Below, in pieces: positions 1 to 10,915 of a stretch of 64,000 nt of DNA; the first letter of the stretch is position 1; each line of letters opens with the position of its first letter. The stretch spans positions 18,965 through 82,964 of the forward strand of contig DATKTP010000172.1 of assembly GCA_035531115.1 (NCBI GenBank), given 5' to 3'. The notes below the pieces were generated by a model that was given only the letters and a program-made list of their open reading frames with translations, was not told the DNA's origin and searched no databases. The translations under genes were made by a program, and so were the position numbers. This stretch comes from Candidatus Deferrimicrobium sp. Its GTDB lineage: Archaea > Asgardarchaeota > Lokiarchaeia > Helarchaeales > HEL-GB-A.

Positions 1-1015
1 TAATTATGGGTTCACCGGTCTTTCTTAAAAACTCAAATGCGTCTTGAATTGCTTTAAATGAAAATCTATGGGTAATCAACTTTTTAACATTGACCTGTTT
101 TTTTTCCAATAACGAAATCGCTATTGGATACGTATTGGCATACCGAAAAGAACCCAGTATATCTATTTGGTTATCTACTATTTTCGCTAAGGGCAATGGA
201 ATGTATTGCTCATGAGGAACGCCAATTTGAAGGATTTTCCCCCCCCTTTTAACAACTTCTAGAGCGTCTTGAATCGATTTTGTTGCTCCAGATGCTTCAA
301 AAACGACATCTACACCATCTTGTTGTGTTTGATCTAATATTAATGTTCGCGGATCTTGATTTCGTGCATTAATTTTAACAACTTTTTCATCGATAAGGTC
401 TAATCGACCTTGTGATATATCTGTCACAAAAATCTCAGAAATTCCATAGGCTAATACAACGGCTAACGTAACTCTTCCAATGGGTCCTTGCCCAAAAATT
501 GCTATTTTGTCATTATGACGCAAATTAGCTCTATCTACCGCATGAATGCCTACGGAGAGCGGCTCAATCATGGCTCCCTCCTCACAACTTACCGCTGGAG
601 GGAGTTTATAAACAAGATGACTTGGCATTACAAGAAATTCACTAAATGCCCCATTTACAGGGCTAGCTGCTAAAAAGATTACATCTGGACACAGGTTATA
701 ACGTCCTGTCTTACAATAAATACACCTTCCACAGGTGCGTCCTGGTTCAATTGCAACTCTATCGCCAATTTTCAATCCGGCGACTTCTGCCCCAATTTTG
801 ATTATTTCTCCAGCAGCTTCATGTCCTAGTATGAAAGGCTCAGAAAAAGCGTAGGTTCCGCATATACCTGTTTTGTAATATTGAAAATCAGAACCGCATA
901 TTCCTACTGCTTTTATTTTAATTAAAACTTCTTCATGCTCTGGACTAGCTATTTCTCGTTCCTCTATCCTAATATCTTGAACCTTGTGTAAAACTGCTAC
1001 TTTCATTCTTGCCAT
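1..1015 (-). CDS. Zn-dependent alcohol dehydrogenase family (threonine/sorbitol dehydrogenase-like), 3' end runs off window
   Basis: Manual translation of minus strand from ATG at 1015: MARMKVAVLHK...GICGSDFQYY...GHEAAGEI...CGRCIYCKTGRYNLC...GQGPIGRVT; GroES-like and Rossmann motifs of MDR Zn-ADH. Confidence 0.8.
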   Translation of the reverse strand, partial: MARMKVAVLHKVQDIRIEEREIASPEHEEVLIKIKAVGICGSDFQYYKTGICGTYAFSEPFILGHEAAGEIIKIGAEVAGLKIGDRVAIEPGRTCGRCIYCKTGRYNLCPDVIFLAASPVNGAFSEFLVMPSHLVYKLPPAVSCEEGAMIEPLSVGIHAVDRANLRHNDKIAIFGQGPIGRVTLAVVLAYGISEIFVTDISQGRLDLIDEKVVKINARNQDPRTLILDQTQQDGVDVVFEASGATKSIQDALEVVKRGGKILQIGVPHEQYIPLPLAKIVDNQIDILGSFRYANTYPIAISLLEKKQVNVKKLITHRFSFKAIQDAFEFLRKTGEPII

Positions 1016-1054
1016 TACAGGTTCCTACCTTTAATTTCTTTCTTTAACGAATAA

Positions 1055-2233
1055 TTATAAATAATCTATCAATTTAATACCAGATAAGAAGTAATTTGCT
1101 AAAAGATCTTCCGCATAGATTTTATGAAATGATTTCGGCAAATCTCTATACGTTATATCAGGTGATTTTAGGTCTGATATCTCTCTGGAATTGTACGTAT
1201 TCCAAAAGAGGATCATTTTGTCCATTATATCCTTTTGTTTAACGAAATTGATAAGCCCTGCAAAACATTTCGCAGTATAAGTGGTATCTAAAAGAATATT
1301 TTCGGTTTTTTTCATTAATTCTAATGCATCTACTCCTTCAGGAGTAATTTTCCCATATTCCCCTCCATAATATTCATCGAGAACCAGCGGTTTTTCTTGA
1401 AATCTAACATTGGGGATTGATTCATCTCGTTTCCGTAAATATTTAAGCGTTTTTTTCGCTAGTTTCCTAACTGCATTTGCATAAGAAAACGTCCGGTTGT
1501 ATAATGAAAAAATTTTTGGCACGACGCGGACTCCAATGAGATTTATATCTAAATTTGCCAGTTTGAAGCCTAGTAATAATCCTGCCATTGTACCTAAGGA
1601 TCCACATGTAATAAATACATAATTTGGTTTTTCTACTCCATTTTCTATCTGAGATTTTAATTCAAACGCCGCATTTACGAATCCCACTACGCCTAGCGGG
1701 GAAGACCCGCCTCCTGGTAAGAAGTATGTATTTTTTCTTAAACGTCGAAAAACCAAATAATGCCCTAATCCCCAAAGTTCTCCATATGGCCCCAGCATTT
1801 CTGCGTCGAGTGAACGAAAAATCAGCAATTTTTTTTGCACATCTGCAGTAATTGGCTGATAAAACAGTATAAGAACGGGATTCAAATTCAACTTCTTGGA
1901 AAAAATAGCTGTTGCTAAACAATGATTAGATCCTAACCCCCCTAATGTTAATATATCTGTTTTTTTCTTTTCTATAGCATCTGCCAGCACGAATTCTAAT
2001 TTCCTGGGCTTATTTCCCCCGTAATCTGCGGTAGATTGGTCATCCCGTTTAATATAAAGGTGTGGATAATTAAGTTCCGCCCCTAACGATTTCAATTGTT
2101 GCACATCTGTTTTATTAATCAATGAAATATGCGGTAATTTTTCTCCCAATCTTGGATACTCTTCAAATATGAGTGGTGGTTTTTGCGCCATTTTTCCCAG
2201 ACCCGAAAATTCATTCATTTTACTTTTTTTCAC
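1055..2233 (-). CDS. PLP-dependent D-cysteine desulfhydrase / ACC deaminase family enzyme
   Basis: 392 aa ORF; motif YIKRDDQ...GGNKPRKLE typical of ACC-deaminase/D-Cys desulfhydrase PALP family. Confidence 0.7.
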   Translation of the reverse strand: MKKSKMNEFSGLGKMAQKPPLIFEEYPRLGEKLPHISLINKTDVQQLKSLGAELNYPHLYIKRDDQSTADYGGNKPRKLEFVLADAIEKKKTDILTLGGLGSNHCLATAIFSKKLNLNPVLILFYQPITADVQKKLLIFRSLDAEMLGPYGELWGLGHYLVFRRLRKNTYFLPGGGSSPLGVVGFVNAAFELKSQIENGVEKPNYVFITCGSLGTMAGLLLGFKLANLDINLIGVRVVPKIFSLYNRTFSYANAVRKLAKKTLKYLRKRDESIPNVRFQEKPLVLDEYYGGEYGKITPEGVDALELMKKTENILLDTTYTAKCFAGLINFVKQKDIMDKMILFWNTYNSREISDLKSPDITYRDLPKSFHKIYAEDLLANYFLSGIKLIDYL

Positions 2234-2299
2234 AATAATTTATTATACATAATGATTGAATTATTATACATTTCTCATAACTATTAAAAGGAGTTTGAA

Positions 2300-3151
2300 A
2301 TGATGCGAGAATTTGAGACGATTAAATTTGAACAACGGGACAATGGACTGAGTATTTTAACCTTGAATCGACCGAACAAGCTAAATGCGCTGTCGATTCA
2401 ACTTTTGGAAGAGTTTAATGAAGTTCTGGATTATTTAAATTGGAATTTTGATTGTCGTGTTTTAATTATTACAGGTGCAGGGCGAGCTTTTTGCTCAGGA
2501 ACTGATCTTAACGAAGCTCCCGATTTACAAAAAGGAAGATCGAAACGATACGAGCATCTCCAATTCCTCAATATGCATGATCCAATCAAATCAAACTTCT
2601 ACGGACAGAAATGGGCTGCAAATACGATAATCAAATTAAGAATGATCCCCCAACCGATTATTGCCGCTGTGAATGGTGCCGCTTCAGGTGGGGGTTTTGC
2701 AATAACAATGGCATGTGACATCCGCATTGCTTCTACAGAAGCCCGATTCAACAATGCTTTTATCAAGATTGGGGTCTCGGGATGTGACTTCGGAAGCTCG
2801 TATTTTCTGCCACGCTTAATAGGGCTCTCCCGCGCTTCTGAAATACTATATACCGGGCGATTTTTTGATGCCGCAGAGGCTGAACGCATCGGATTCGTCT
2901 CACAAGTAGTACCCCCTGAAAAATTAATGGATACCGCACTCACTTTAACAGAGGACATGCTCCTAACAAAGAGTCCACTCGGCTTGCGTCTTACAAAGGA
3001 AGGAATTAATATGAACATCGATGCTCCCTCTCTTGAAGCTGCTGTGTTCTTGGAAAACCGGAATCAAGTTCTTACCGCTAATACGAAAGACGCTTCGGAA
3101 GGCGTGATCTCTTTCTTCGAGAAACGCAAACCAAAGTATGGACTTCGATGA
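2300..3151 (+). CDS. enoyl-CoA hydratase/isomerase (crotonase) family
   Basis: AAVNGAASGGGFAITMACDIRIA oxyanion-hole region, crotonase fold signature. Confidence 0.85.
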   Translation: MMREFETIKFEQRDNGLSILTLNRPNKLNALSIQLLEEFNEVLDYLNWNFDCRVLIITGAGRAFCSGTDLNEAPDLQKGRSKRYEHLQFLNMHDPIKSNFYGQKWAANTIIKLRMIPQPIIAAVNGAASGGGFAITMACDIRIASTEARFNNAFIKIGVSGCDFGSSYFLPRLIGLSRASEILYTGRFFDAAEAERIGFVSQVVPPEKLMDTALTLTEDMLLTKSPLGLRLTKEGINMNIDAPSLEAAVFLENRNQVLTANTKDASEGVISFFEKRKPKYGLR

Positions 3152-3249
3152 AATTATCTTTTATTTCCAACGGATGGAGTTTCTTCTTTAGATTTTTAGT
3201 TTCCAAAAAAGAGGAGGCTTTAAATATTTACAACATTAACAATATTGTA

Positions 3250-3435
3250 ATGGCAGCTATAAAAAGAATTCCTGTTTCCGAAGAAATCTGGAAGGAATTA
3301 TCCGGACTTAAAAAGCCAGGTCAAACCTTCGACCAGCTCCTCAATGAAATTATCGAACGAGAAAAAAAATATAGATTGCGACAAGAAATGAAGAAAATTG
3401 AAGCGGAGGAGGAATTTGTGGAGCTGGATCATTGA
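3250..3435 (+). CDS. putative antitoxin of RelE/ParE-type TA pair (start probably internal Met of the 3148 ORF)
   Basis: Small acidic protein; its stop overlaps the start of the downstream RelE-like ORF in ATGA. Confidence 0.45.
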   Translation: MAAIKRIPVSEEIWKELSGLKKPGQTFDQLLNEIIEREKKYRLRQEMKKIEAEEEFVELDH

Positions 3436-3713
3436 CCTATAGGCTTCTTATAAGTAAAAAAGCACTTAAATTTATTAATGGTCTTCCTGAAAAAAGTCAG
3501 CGAATTGTAAGGGATACGATTACAATCCTCTATGAGAATCCTTATCCAGATAAAGGAGGCGATAAGGAGAAATTGAATTTATCAGGTTATGAACTTTATA
3601 GAATGCATATAGGAAGAATTTTTACAGTATTTTATAGAATATTTGAGAATGAAGTAAGAATTTTAGATATTATGACAATTGAAAAGGCTCATAAAATATA
3701 TGGCCGACTGTAA
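3432..3713 (+). CDS. RelE/ParE-family toxin
   Basis: 93 aa, basic, RelE/ParE-like pattern; 4-bp overlap with upstream small ORF. Confidence 0.55.
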   Translation: MTYRLLISKKALKFINGLPEKSQRIVRDTITILYENPYPDKGGDKEKLNLSGYELYRMHIGRIFTVFYRIFENEVRILDIMTIEKAHKIYGRL

Positions 3714-3948
3714 TCTTCATATAAATCCATTTTAGGGTGGTAAAATCGATCCGCCCGCCCGTCAACCTTTCCACTTTGAATTTTTTAGTTTGAAATATAA
3801 TCAATAATAGAACTATTAGAAAGCCTTAAGACAATGAAGTAAAAAAAGAATATAATTTTCAGCCTTATTATTAATAGTAAAAAATACTATACAATGCAGA
3901 GAGAAACGGTTGAACGAAGAAAAGAGAAAATATACTAGATGACTTATA

Positions 3949-5844
3949 ATGGATCAGCCAATAAATTCAAAAGAAGAGAAGAAAAAAGTAGAAAAAGCCA
4001 CCGAACGCATAGAAAAACGGTTAAAAGAAGAAAAAAAATCATATCTTAAATTAAGTATATTTGTTGTTATTATTGTTGATTTCTTAATATTTACAAGTGT
4101 ATTATTTCTTACTCAAAGCCCTTTTGCAATTGTCTTAGTGTATGGTTTTGTAATAATCACAACGTTAATAGCACTTATACCTGTAATGATCGAAGAATAC
4201 GAAAGAGTAGGACGGAAGCCTCCCGCTCTTGCCCGTCTTTTCAATTATTTTCTTAAAAAAGTACTTCCTATAGATCGGACTGTTATGCGAACAGGTCCTT
4301 CTGTTCTCCTAAGCTACATATTTCTCCTTACTATCGGAGGATTTCTTACTATAGGTATATATATTTTCGCTGATTTTATTACTCAGAATCCTAATATTTA
4401 TGATTATTTAATTAGCTCATCTGATCCAACCCAATTTGGATTCTTTAGTTTCGTTCAAAATTCAACAGCTAATTCATTCATACCCTCTATTCTTTGGTAT
4501 CTAATTATTTTTATACCCGTAATTTTCTGCTGCTTATTCTTAATAGCATCTGTTTATTATCGCAACACAGAGCCTTCAAAACTACTTAGTGTTGTTATTT
4601 TTTCTCCTGTTATGGTACTCTTGCCTTTAATTTTAAATCTCTCTTCTATTACTAGTCCTGCCCTAGTGATTTCCCTTATATTTATTGGAGGCTGGATTGT
4701 TACACTCTTAGTTTGGTATCGATTTACAAAGAGATCTGCTTTAATGTGCCTATCAATTTTATTTGCTCAGGTACTTGCATCTTTTATGATTTTATATGGT
4801 TTCATTTTTTATGAGGTCCGGGATACTTCCCATTATACTTCGAATTCCATTAATATTTCTTCATATTATAACCCGTTATTCCTTTTACTTTGGTTTGGAA
4901 TTCTTGTTTTCATACCACTTATTATAAAGGCTTTTGATCTTTTTTGGAAAGGGAAACTGAGGATCCTTGGCGTATTATTTTCAATAGGAGCGGCGGTTAT
5001 ATTCCAGTTCTATTTTTTCAATCTATTCAGTACTTCTGTATACGATGCATATCTACCTTGGGGCAATTTGGATGCCGCTGAAATTTTTGTGGGATCTGGG
5101 TTTTTCTTCTTTTATATCTATTTAATCCTTATACCCCTCTTTTTTATATTCGGCTATTTCCAAATTGGGATTGCTCGATGGCTCTATCGTTCTTTTCGAA
5201 ATTTTGGACATAAAAAGAATCATCCGAATGCTTTTCGAATTCTTGGAAGTTTATTTGCCACTTTATTCATTGTAGGTATTGTATTTGTCTATTATTTCTT
5301 CCTTTATAGTTCGGAGGATTATCAAAATATGTTTGCTCATATTACTTCTCTCTATAATGGGCAAATTATTCGATATTTGACGTTAGATCCTGCGGTGGTT
5401 CCGACCTTAATTTCGATAAAAAGCTATGCAGAATTATTCAATGTGTCTTCACTCGCAATCACGGTTGGGTTATTTGCATATTCTTCATACCGATCTGCTT
5501 ATAATTTTGCCCTCTCAACTGATAAAATCGAAGACCCAGATATTAAACGCTTCGGCGTTTTTAATTTTGTCATTTTTACCAGCCCTCCTGCTCGGAAAAC
5601 TCGCGTGATCTTCGGAATTTCTTTAATTTTTCTTTTTCTCGGAGTTCTAGCAATCTTCGCCTTTTTAAAAATACATACGGTCTTATTCAAGGACTTGATA
5701 GCATTTAATCAGGTACCCCCCAGTCTTATCATCTTCGCAAGCTTCGATGCCCTGAAACTCGGTGTCTCCATAATTGGTATGTTCGTTGCAATTGTGATTT
5801 TCTTCTTTATTCTCTCTAAAAGAAGAAAATTGCATAAAATTTAG
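3949..5844 (+). CDS. large polytopic membrane protein, unknown function
   Basis: 631 aa, more than 12 hydrophobic segments, K/E-rich N-terminus, no recognisable catalytic motif. Confidence 0.55.
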   Translation: MDQPINSKEEKKKVEKATERIEKRLKEEKKSYLKLSIFVVIIVDFLIFTSVLFLTQSPFAIVLVYGFVIITTLIALIPVMIEEYERVGRKPPALARLFNYFLKKVLPIDRTVMRTGPSVLLSYIFLLTIGGFLTIGIYIFADFITQNPNIYDYLISSSDPTQFGFFSFVQNSTANSFIPSILWYLIIFIPVIFCCLFLIASVYYRNTEPSKLLSVVIFSPVMVLLPLILNLSSITSPALVISLIFIGGWIVTLLVWYRFTKRSALMCLSILFAQVLASFMILYGFIFYEVRDTSHYTSNSINISSYYNPLFLLLWFGILVFIPLIIKAFDLFWKGKLRILGVLFSIGAAVIFQFYFFNLFSTSVYDAYLPWGNLDAAEIFVGSGFFFFYIYLILIPLFFIFGYFQIGIARWLYRSFRNFGHKKNHPNAFRILGSLFATLFIVGIVFVYYFFLYSSEDYQNMFAHITSLYNGQIIRYLTLDPAVVPTLISIKSYAELFNVSSLAITVGLFAYSSYRSAYNFALSTDKIEDPDIKRFGVFNFVIFTSPPARKTRVIFGISLIFLFLGVLAIFAFLKIHTVLFKDLIAFNQVPPSLIIFASFDALKLGVSIIGMFVAIVIFFFILSKRRKLHKI

Positions 5845-5884
5845 ATCAAATGTATCCTCTCTTTTTTATAAGAAAGGAATTGAT

Positions 5885-7135
5885 TTAGGGATACAACCCT
5901 CGAACTCTAATTGCTTCCGCGATGCGACCCACAGCAATCATGTAGGCTGCCGTTCGGAGCGGGACATTTTTCTGCTTTGCCAGATTATAGACTTCATGAA
6001 ATGCTTTTGTAATGTGCATCTTCAATTCTTGATTCACGCGTTCAAAATCCCAGAAATATGAGTGTAGATCCTGCACCCATTCAAAATAACTTACAACAAC
6101 TCCACCGGCATTTGCTAAAATATCTGGAACTACTGTGATTCCCTTCTTTTCAAGGATATTATCTGCTTCTGGTGTTGTTGGACCATTGGCTCCTTCCATT
6201 ACTATTTTTGCTTTGACTTGTTCTGCATTTTTCTTGGTAATTTGATTCTCAATTGCAGCAGGAATGAGAATATCACATTCAAGAGCAAGGAGGTCCTCAT
6301 TGGTTATCGGTTTTGTCCTAGGAAAATTAATGATTGAACCCGTTTCTTTTTCATGCTGCTTTAAAAGAACTGGATCAATCCCTTCAGAATTGTAAATTCC
6401 CCCCTTGATATCACTGATACCAATTATCTTACAATTCATCTCCTTTGCAAGAATATCCGCGACTACTGATCCCACGTTTCCGAATCCTTGCACTGCAACA
6501 GTTGTTTGTGCGTCTAACTTTATTCCTAATTTTTTACAGATCTCAGCAGTTACATAAGCTAAACCCCTTCCTGTTGCTGTTTCACGACCTTCAGAACCTC
6601 CAATAGAAATGGGCTTTCCAGTAACTACTCCTAGAGTTGTTTCACCGACACCCATTGAATAAGAATCCATAATCCATGCCATAATTTGTTTGTCTGTGTT
6701 CATATCAGGCGCAGGAATATCTTTATGCGCACCTAGAATATTTATTATTGCATAGGTATATCTCCGCGTTAAGCGTTCCAGTTCGCTTCTGGATAACGTT
6801 TTGGGATCACATACTATTCCTCCTTTGGCACCTCCATATGGTAATCCAACAACCGCGCATTTCCAGGACATCCACATACTCAGGGCTTTCATTTCATCCA
6901 TTGTGACTTTAGGAGAATAGCGAATTCCCCCTTTGGTGGGACCGAGCGCGCTATTATGTTGCGCTCGAAATCCCTCGAACACCTTCACAGATCCATCATC
7001 CATCTTAATGGGAATGGATACGACTGCAATTTGCATACAGTATTTTAGGATTTCATGAATCCAAGGTTCTAAGTTTAATTGGTTCGCAGCAATTTCGAGT
7101 TGTTTTAAGGCAATCTTGTACGGATTTTCCTCCAT
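5885..7135 (-). CDS. gdhA: glutamate dehydrogenase (Glu/Leu/Phe/Val dehydrogenase family)
   Basis: KGGIRYSP...GLPYGGAKGG motif, Rossmann GFGNVG. Confidence 0.9.
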   Translation of the reverse strand: MEENPYKIALKQLEIAANQLNLEPWIHEILKYCMQIAVVSIPIKMDDGSVKVFEGFRAQHNSALGPTKGGIRYSPKVTMDEMKALSMWMSWKCAVVGLPYGGAKGGIVCDPKTLSRSELERLTRRYTYAIINILGAHKDIPAPDMNTDKQIMAWIMDSYSMGVGETTLGVVTGKPISIGGSEGRETATGRGLAYVTAEICKKLGIKLDAQTTVAVQGFGNVGSVVADILAKEMNCKIIGISDIKGGIYNSEGIDPVLLKQHEKETGSIINFPRTKPITNEDLLALECDILIPAAIENQITKKNAEQVKAKIVMEGANGPTTPEADNILEKKGITVVPDILANAGGVVVSYFEWVQDLHSYFWDFERVNQELKMHITKAFHEVYNLAKQKNVPLRTAAYMIAVGRIAEAIRVRGLYP

Positions 7136-7277
7136 TTCATCTCACCATATAAATTCTCGAATTAAACTTCCTTAAATTTCTAATGTTTCACAGTTATAAA
7201 ATATTCAAACAAAACCCATAAAATAATCTATGTATTGCTATTAATTATTTTCAGAACTCTCTTTAATTTTTGCATAG

Positions 7278-8033
7278 GTGATACCCACGAATCAAGAAGA
7301 TAAAAAGCAGGAAAAAGTAAGAACACAATTAAATCCAAAACAAGCTCGTAATGTGAAAATCTTTTGCGTTATTATGATAATTGCCAATGTACTCTGTGCT
7401 GTCTTAATGATAATTTTTTGGACTATTCCCGATTATTTTATTATTCTTGGATTAGGCATGTTGGGCTCCGTACCTGCCTTTTTTGCCAATGCGGGTATGA
7501 CATTCGCAGGCACCTTTCACGGTTCTGGGCATCCAATAGATGGGGGTAGGATGTTTAGAGATGGGAAACGTGTCTTTGGTGAGGGTAAAACATGGAAAGG
7601 CTTAATTGGTGGAATAATTATCGGATCTACTCTCAGCTTCTTAATGATCTTCGTTTATATCGCTCTTGAGCAGGGTATTTTAGGAGGGTCTCCTCACTGG
7701 AGTGATCTAAAACTAATAACCCTTCAGGAGGTTCTCTTTTTCATACATCCGTCTCCTCTTAATCTCATCATGCGGACAGTTCTCCTTTCTGTCGGTGCGT
7801 GTTTTGGGGACTTGATCGGATCTTTTTTCAAACGAAGAACAGCCCGAGAACGTGGGACACCATTTCCTCTTCTCGATCAATTAGACTTCCTTCTCTTCGC
7901 TTATTTATGCGCATATGCCTTCTTCCCCCTCCCGTGGTACTATATACTGGTAATTTCGCTTTTCACTCCCTTAGTAGCTGTCTTGGCAAACATCGTTGCG
8001 TATTACCTTAGAAAAAAGCACGTTCCCTGGTGA
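7278..8033 (+). CDS. carS: CDP-archaeol synthase-like membrane protein (CarS/DUF46 family)
   Basis: Polytopic; segment GSGHPIDGGRMFRDGKRVFGEGKTWKGLIGG resembles CarS cytoplasmic loop; GTG start. Confidence 0.5.
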   Translation: MIPTNQEDKKQEKVRTQLNPKQARNVKIFCVIMIIANVLCAVLMIIFWTIPDYFIILGLGMLGSVPAFFANAGMTFAGTFHGSGHPIDGGRMFRDGKRVFGEGKTWKGLIGGIIIGSTLSFLMIFVYIALEQGILGGSPHWSDLKLITLQEVLFFIHPSPLNLIMRTVLLSVGACFGDLIGSFFKRRTARERGTPFPLLDQLDFLLFAYLCAYAFFPLPWYYILVISLFTPLVAVLANIVAYYLRKKHVPW

Positions 8034-8191
8034 ATCTTTCACCAAAAAACAGCCACCCAGAATACTTTCGGGTATCTCTCTAGAAACGCAGTAGTCGGTT
8101 AAACGGACACACATCGACGCATAGTTTTTAAAATGCGCAATCGAACGTTCTTCTATATAATTTGAAATAACATATACAATGGGCAAATTGG

Positions 8192-10438
8192 GTGGCTCTG
8201 GACTTGGACGCTTGGTTGTTGGATTTGAATGTGGAAGGCGATCGAATTGCACTATGGCTAAAACATCCGACAAAAGTGATCCGTAAATTAATCGAGTACA
8301 AGCCCTCGTTTTACGTTGTGCCTCAAAGGAAGGCATTACATGAAACAAAACAGGTTTTAGAATCGCATCCCGATATAGATCGCGTAGAAATTGTTCAGCG
8401 ATTTCATCCTATTCAGTCTCATGAAAAACGTCCTGTTTTACTAATCACCTGCGACCGATTATCAACGTTCGCTCGTACTTGGCATGATATCGAAAATTTA
8501 GAAAAAGTAGAAGTATGTAATGTCGATTTTCCACTGGAACAAAAGTGGCTCTACGAAACGGGCTTCTTTCCCATGGCGAAACTCAAATATACTGCTGGTG
8601 ATACCCTCAGTGCGTTGGAACTATGTGACAGCCAAGAGGCAATTCACTATGAAATTCCTGACTTGACACGTGTGAAACTTGAAGTTGGCATCAAAACGCA
8701 GTACGCCGTCGCCCGCCCTCAAGATTCGTTAAGCTGGATCCGGCTTCATAACGGCGAGGAAATCCTGCTCGATAAAATGAACGAACACGACATGATCCTT
8801 GAATTAATAAAAACCGTCCACGACTTGGATCCTGATATTATTGAAACCGATAACGGAGATAATTTTCTGTTTCCCTATTTGATCACCCGCGCTTCGAAAT
8901 ATGCCCTCTTAAATACCATCACATTCTCCCGCGATGGCATTCCGCTCCATAAATGCCTTCAACAATTTCACGGATCGGGCTCCTATTTCTCATATGGCGT
9001 CATGTATTACCGCCCTTCTCGTCAGGTTTGTCTGCATGGGCGCATTCACGTTGATATCGGAAGTGGCACACATGCCTTTCCCTTGCAGGGGCTTCCGGGG
9101 ATGGTCGAGGTCGCCCGCGTAACGCTTTCGCCCCTTCAGAAAGTTTCGCGGATCACGATTGGGCAGGCGATGTCCTCTATGCAATTTTATAAAGCACACC
9201 AGTTGGGTCTTCTCATCCCTCTAAGCAAAACGAATACCGCTGAGTATTTCAAATCTGGATTGAAGATGTTGGAAAGTGATCGAGGTGGGTTTGTTTATTC
9301 TCCCATCGTTGGGTTCTTTGAAAAGGTAGCTGAAACTGATTTCGCGTCCATGTATCCCAGCATCATGCTTACCCGGAACATCTCCCCCGAAACCATCCTG
9401 TGTTCCTGCAAGGATTCGCCCCTCCAAGTCCCCGAATTAGGTTACAATGTGTGCAACAGGCGAATTGGGCTTATTCCCCAAGCTTTGGAACTCATCTTAA
9501 CCAAGCGGAAGACCTACAAATTACTCGCAAAAGCTGGTTCCGACAAGGAACGCTATTCTAGCATGGAGAAAGCGCTGAAGTGGATATTAGTAACTTGCTT
9601 TGGTTATACAGGCTACCGCAATGCTCGCTTTGGGCGGATCGAAGCCCACGAATCGGTAACTGCATGGGCCCGGAAAATATTGCTGGAAGCCGCTCAAATT
9701 GCGGAAGGATTTGGGTTAGAAGTCATTCATGGGATCGTCGATTCTCTGTGGCTGAGTGGATCCGAGAATGAGCACATTTATGAACAATTTTGCGAGGCGG
9801 TAACCGCGGCAACTGAGATCGAAATGCAGTCCAAAGGGATCTACAAGTGGGTAGTGTTTCTTCCAACAAAAGCATCCCCTGCCGTGGGCGCCCTGACGCA
9901 TTATTATGGCGTTTTCCGTGATGGGACCATTAAGGTTCGTGGGCTCGAATTGCGGCGACACGACACGCCCCTTTTAATAAAACAGGCGCAAGATGAAATA
10001 ATGGGACTTCTAGCAAAAGCGAATAACTGGTATCAATTCCAGAAGTTGCTACCACACGCCCAGCGAACTTTACAGCAGTACATCGACCGCGTTATGCACG
10101 GAGATGTCGCCCTTTCCGATCTACTTGTCACAATGCGAATTTCCCGCCACCCCGAAGCATATAAGAATTATTCACGCCAAGCTATTGCAGCGTGGCAAGC
10201 GAAACGATTAGGTATGGAACTCCAGCCCGGGCAAATGGTGCACTACCTTATTACCAATGCCCGCGCCAAGCGCCCCCAAGAACGGGTTCTCATTGCCCAG
10301 CTACTTGATCGAACCACCCCGCGTTATGATCGCGATACATATCGTAAACTCTTGGACCGGATGTTTGAAAATATGTTGCTCTTTATGCCACTGCAGAAGC
10401 GAAAGTCGTTGTTATTCAGAAATAAGTGTTTGGTTTAA
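8192..10438 (+). CDS. family-B DNA polymerase homologue with substituted exonuclease and polymerase active-site residues (PolB2-like, probably inactive)
   Basis: N-term like PolB; Exo II NGDNFLFPYL (D->L); motif A DFASMYPSIM; motif B KWILVTCFGYTGY; motif C HGIVDS instead of YGDTDS; no FDIET. Confidence 0.7.
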   Translation: MALDLDAWLLDLNVEGDRIALWLKHPTKVIRKLIEYKPSFYVVPQRKALHETKQVLESHPDIDRVEIVQRFHPIQSHEKRPVLLITCDRLSTFARTWHDIENLEKVEVCNVDFPLEQKWLYETGFFPMAKLKYTAGDTLSALELCDSQEAIHYEIPDLTRVKLEVGIKTQYAVARPQDSLSWIRLHNGEEILLDKMNEHDMILELIKTVHDLDPDIIETDNGDNFLFPYLITRASKYALLNTITFSRDGIPLHKCLQQFHGSGSYFSYGVMYYRPSRQVCLHGRIHVDIGSGTHAFPLQGLPGMVEVARVTLSPLQKVSRITIGQAMSSMQFYKAHQLGLLIPLSKTNTAEYFKSGLKMLESDRGGFVYSPIVGFFEKVAETDFASMYPSIMLTRNISPETILCSCKDSPLQVPELGYNVCNRRIGLIPQALELILTKRKTYKLLAKAGSDKERYSSMEKALKWILVTCFGYTGYRNARFGRIEAHESVTAWARKILLEAAQIAEGFGLEVIHGIVDSLWLSGSENEHIYEQFCEAVTAATEIEMQSKGIYKWVVFLPTKASPAVGALTHYYGVFRDGTIKVRGLELRRHDTPLLIKQAQDEIMGLLAKANNWYQFQKLLPHAQRTLQQYIDRVMHGDVALSDLLVTMRISRHPEAYKNYSRQAIAAWQAKRLGMELQPGQMVHYLITNARAKRPQERVLIAQLLDRTTPRYDRDTYRKLLDRMFENMLLFMPLQKRKSLLFRNKCLV

Positions 10439-10915
10439 GGCAGGTGCGCTTTTCTCATTCAAGCTTAACGCGTAATAGGCTTGTATAATTCCACAGATGA
10501 TTGTGATATAAAGGATAAATTTTAATGGAAAAAAATTAACCACGATCCCCGTCAGTCCAAAGATGATCCAAAAAATTCCACCAAAGAAATGTAATAATGC
10601 ACTTGCCATAATGAAACATGGCACTCCCAGATTAAAAATAAAGATATCTATCTTAAATTGGAGTTGTTCAGGCCTCCCTTTCATTATATATTTAAGTAAA
10701 TAATAAAAAAAGCCCCAAATCAAGAAAAATAGTAAAAATTCTTGTAAAATATAGATGCTTAATCCTTGCCAAATACCATATTGTTCCATTAATTGCTGGA
10801 TTACTAAATTTCCTTCATCACTAATTTCATTTATGAAAATGTATGTCGCTATTACATCAAAAAAGGTCATAATTATATAGATACCAATCCAAAATCGCAT
10901 AGATTTGAGATGCAT
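10412..10915 (-). CDS. small integral membrane protein, unknown
   Basis: 167 aa, 4-5 TM segments. Confidence 0.4.
   Translation of the reverse strand: MHLKSMRFWIGIYIIMTFFDVIATYIFINEISDEGNLVIQQLMEQYGIWQGLSIYILQEFLLFFLIWGFFYYLLKYIMKGRPEQLQFKIDIFIFNLGVPCFIMASALLHFFGGIFWIIFGLTGIVVNFFPLKFILYITIICGIIQAYYALSLNEKSAPALNQTLISE

Noticed and set aside
3148-3249. N-terminal extension of the antitoxin ORF (MKLSFISNGWSFFFRF...)
   Set aside because: The hydrophobic and odd leader overlaps the end of the crotonase gene. The internal Met at 3250 gives a typical small antitoxin, so the extension is probably not translated.
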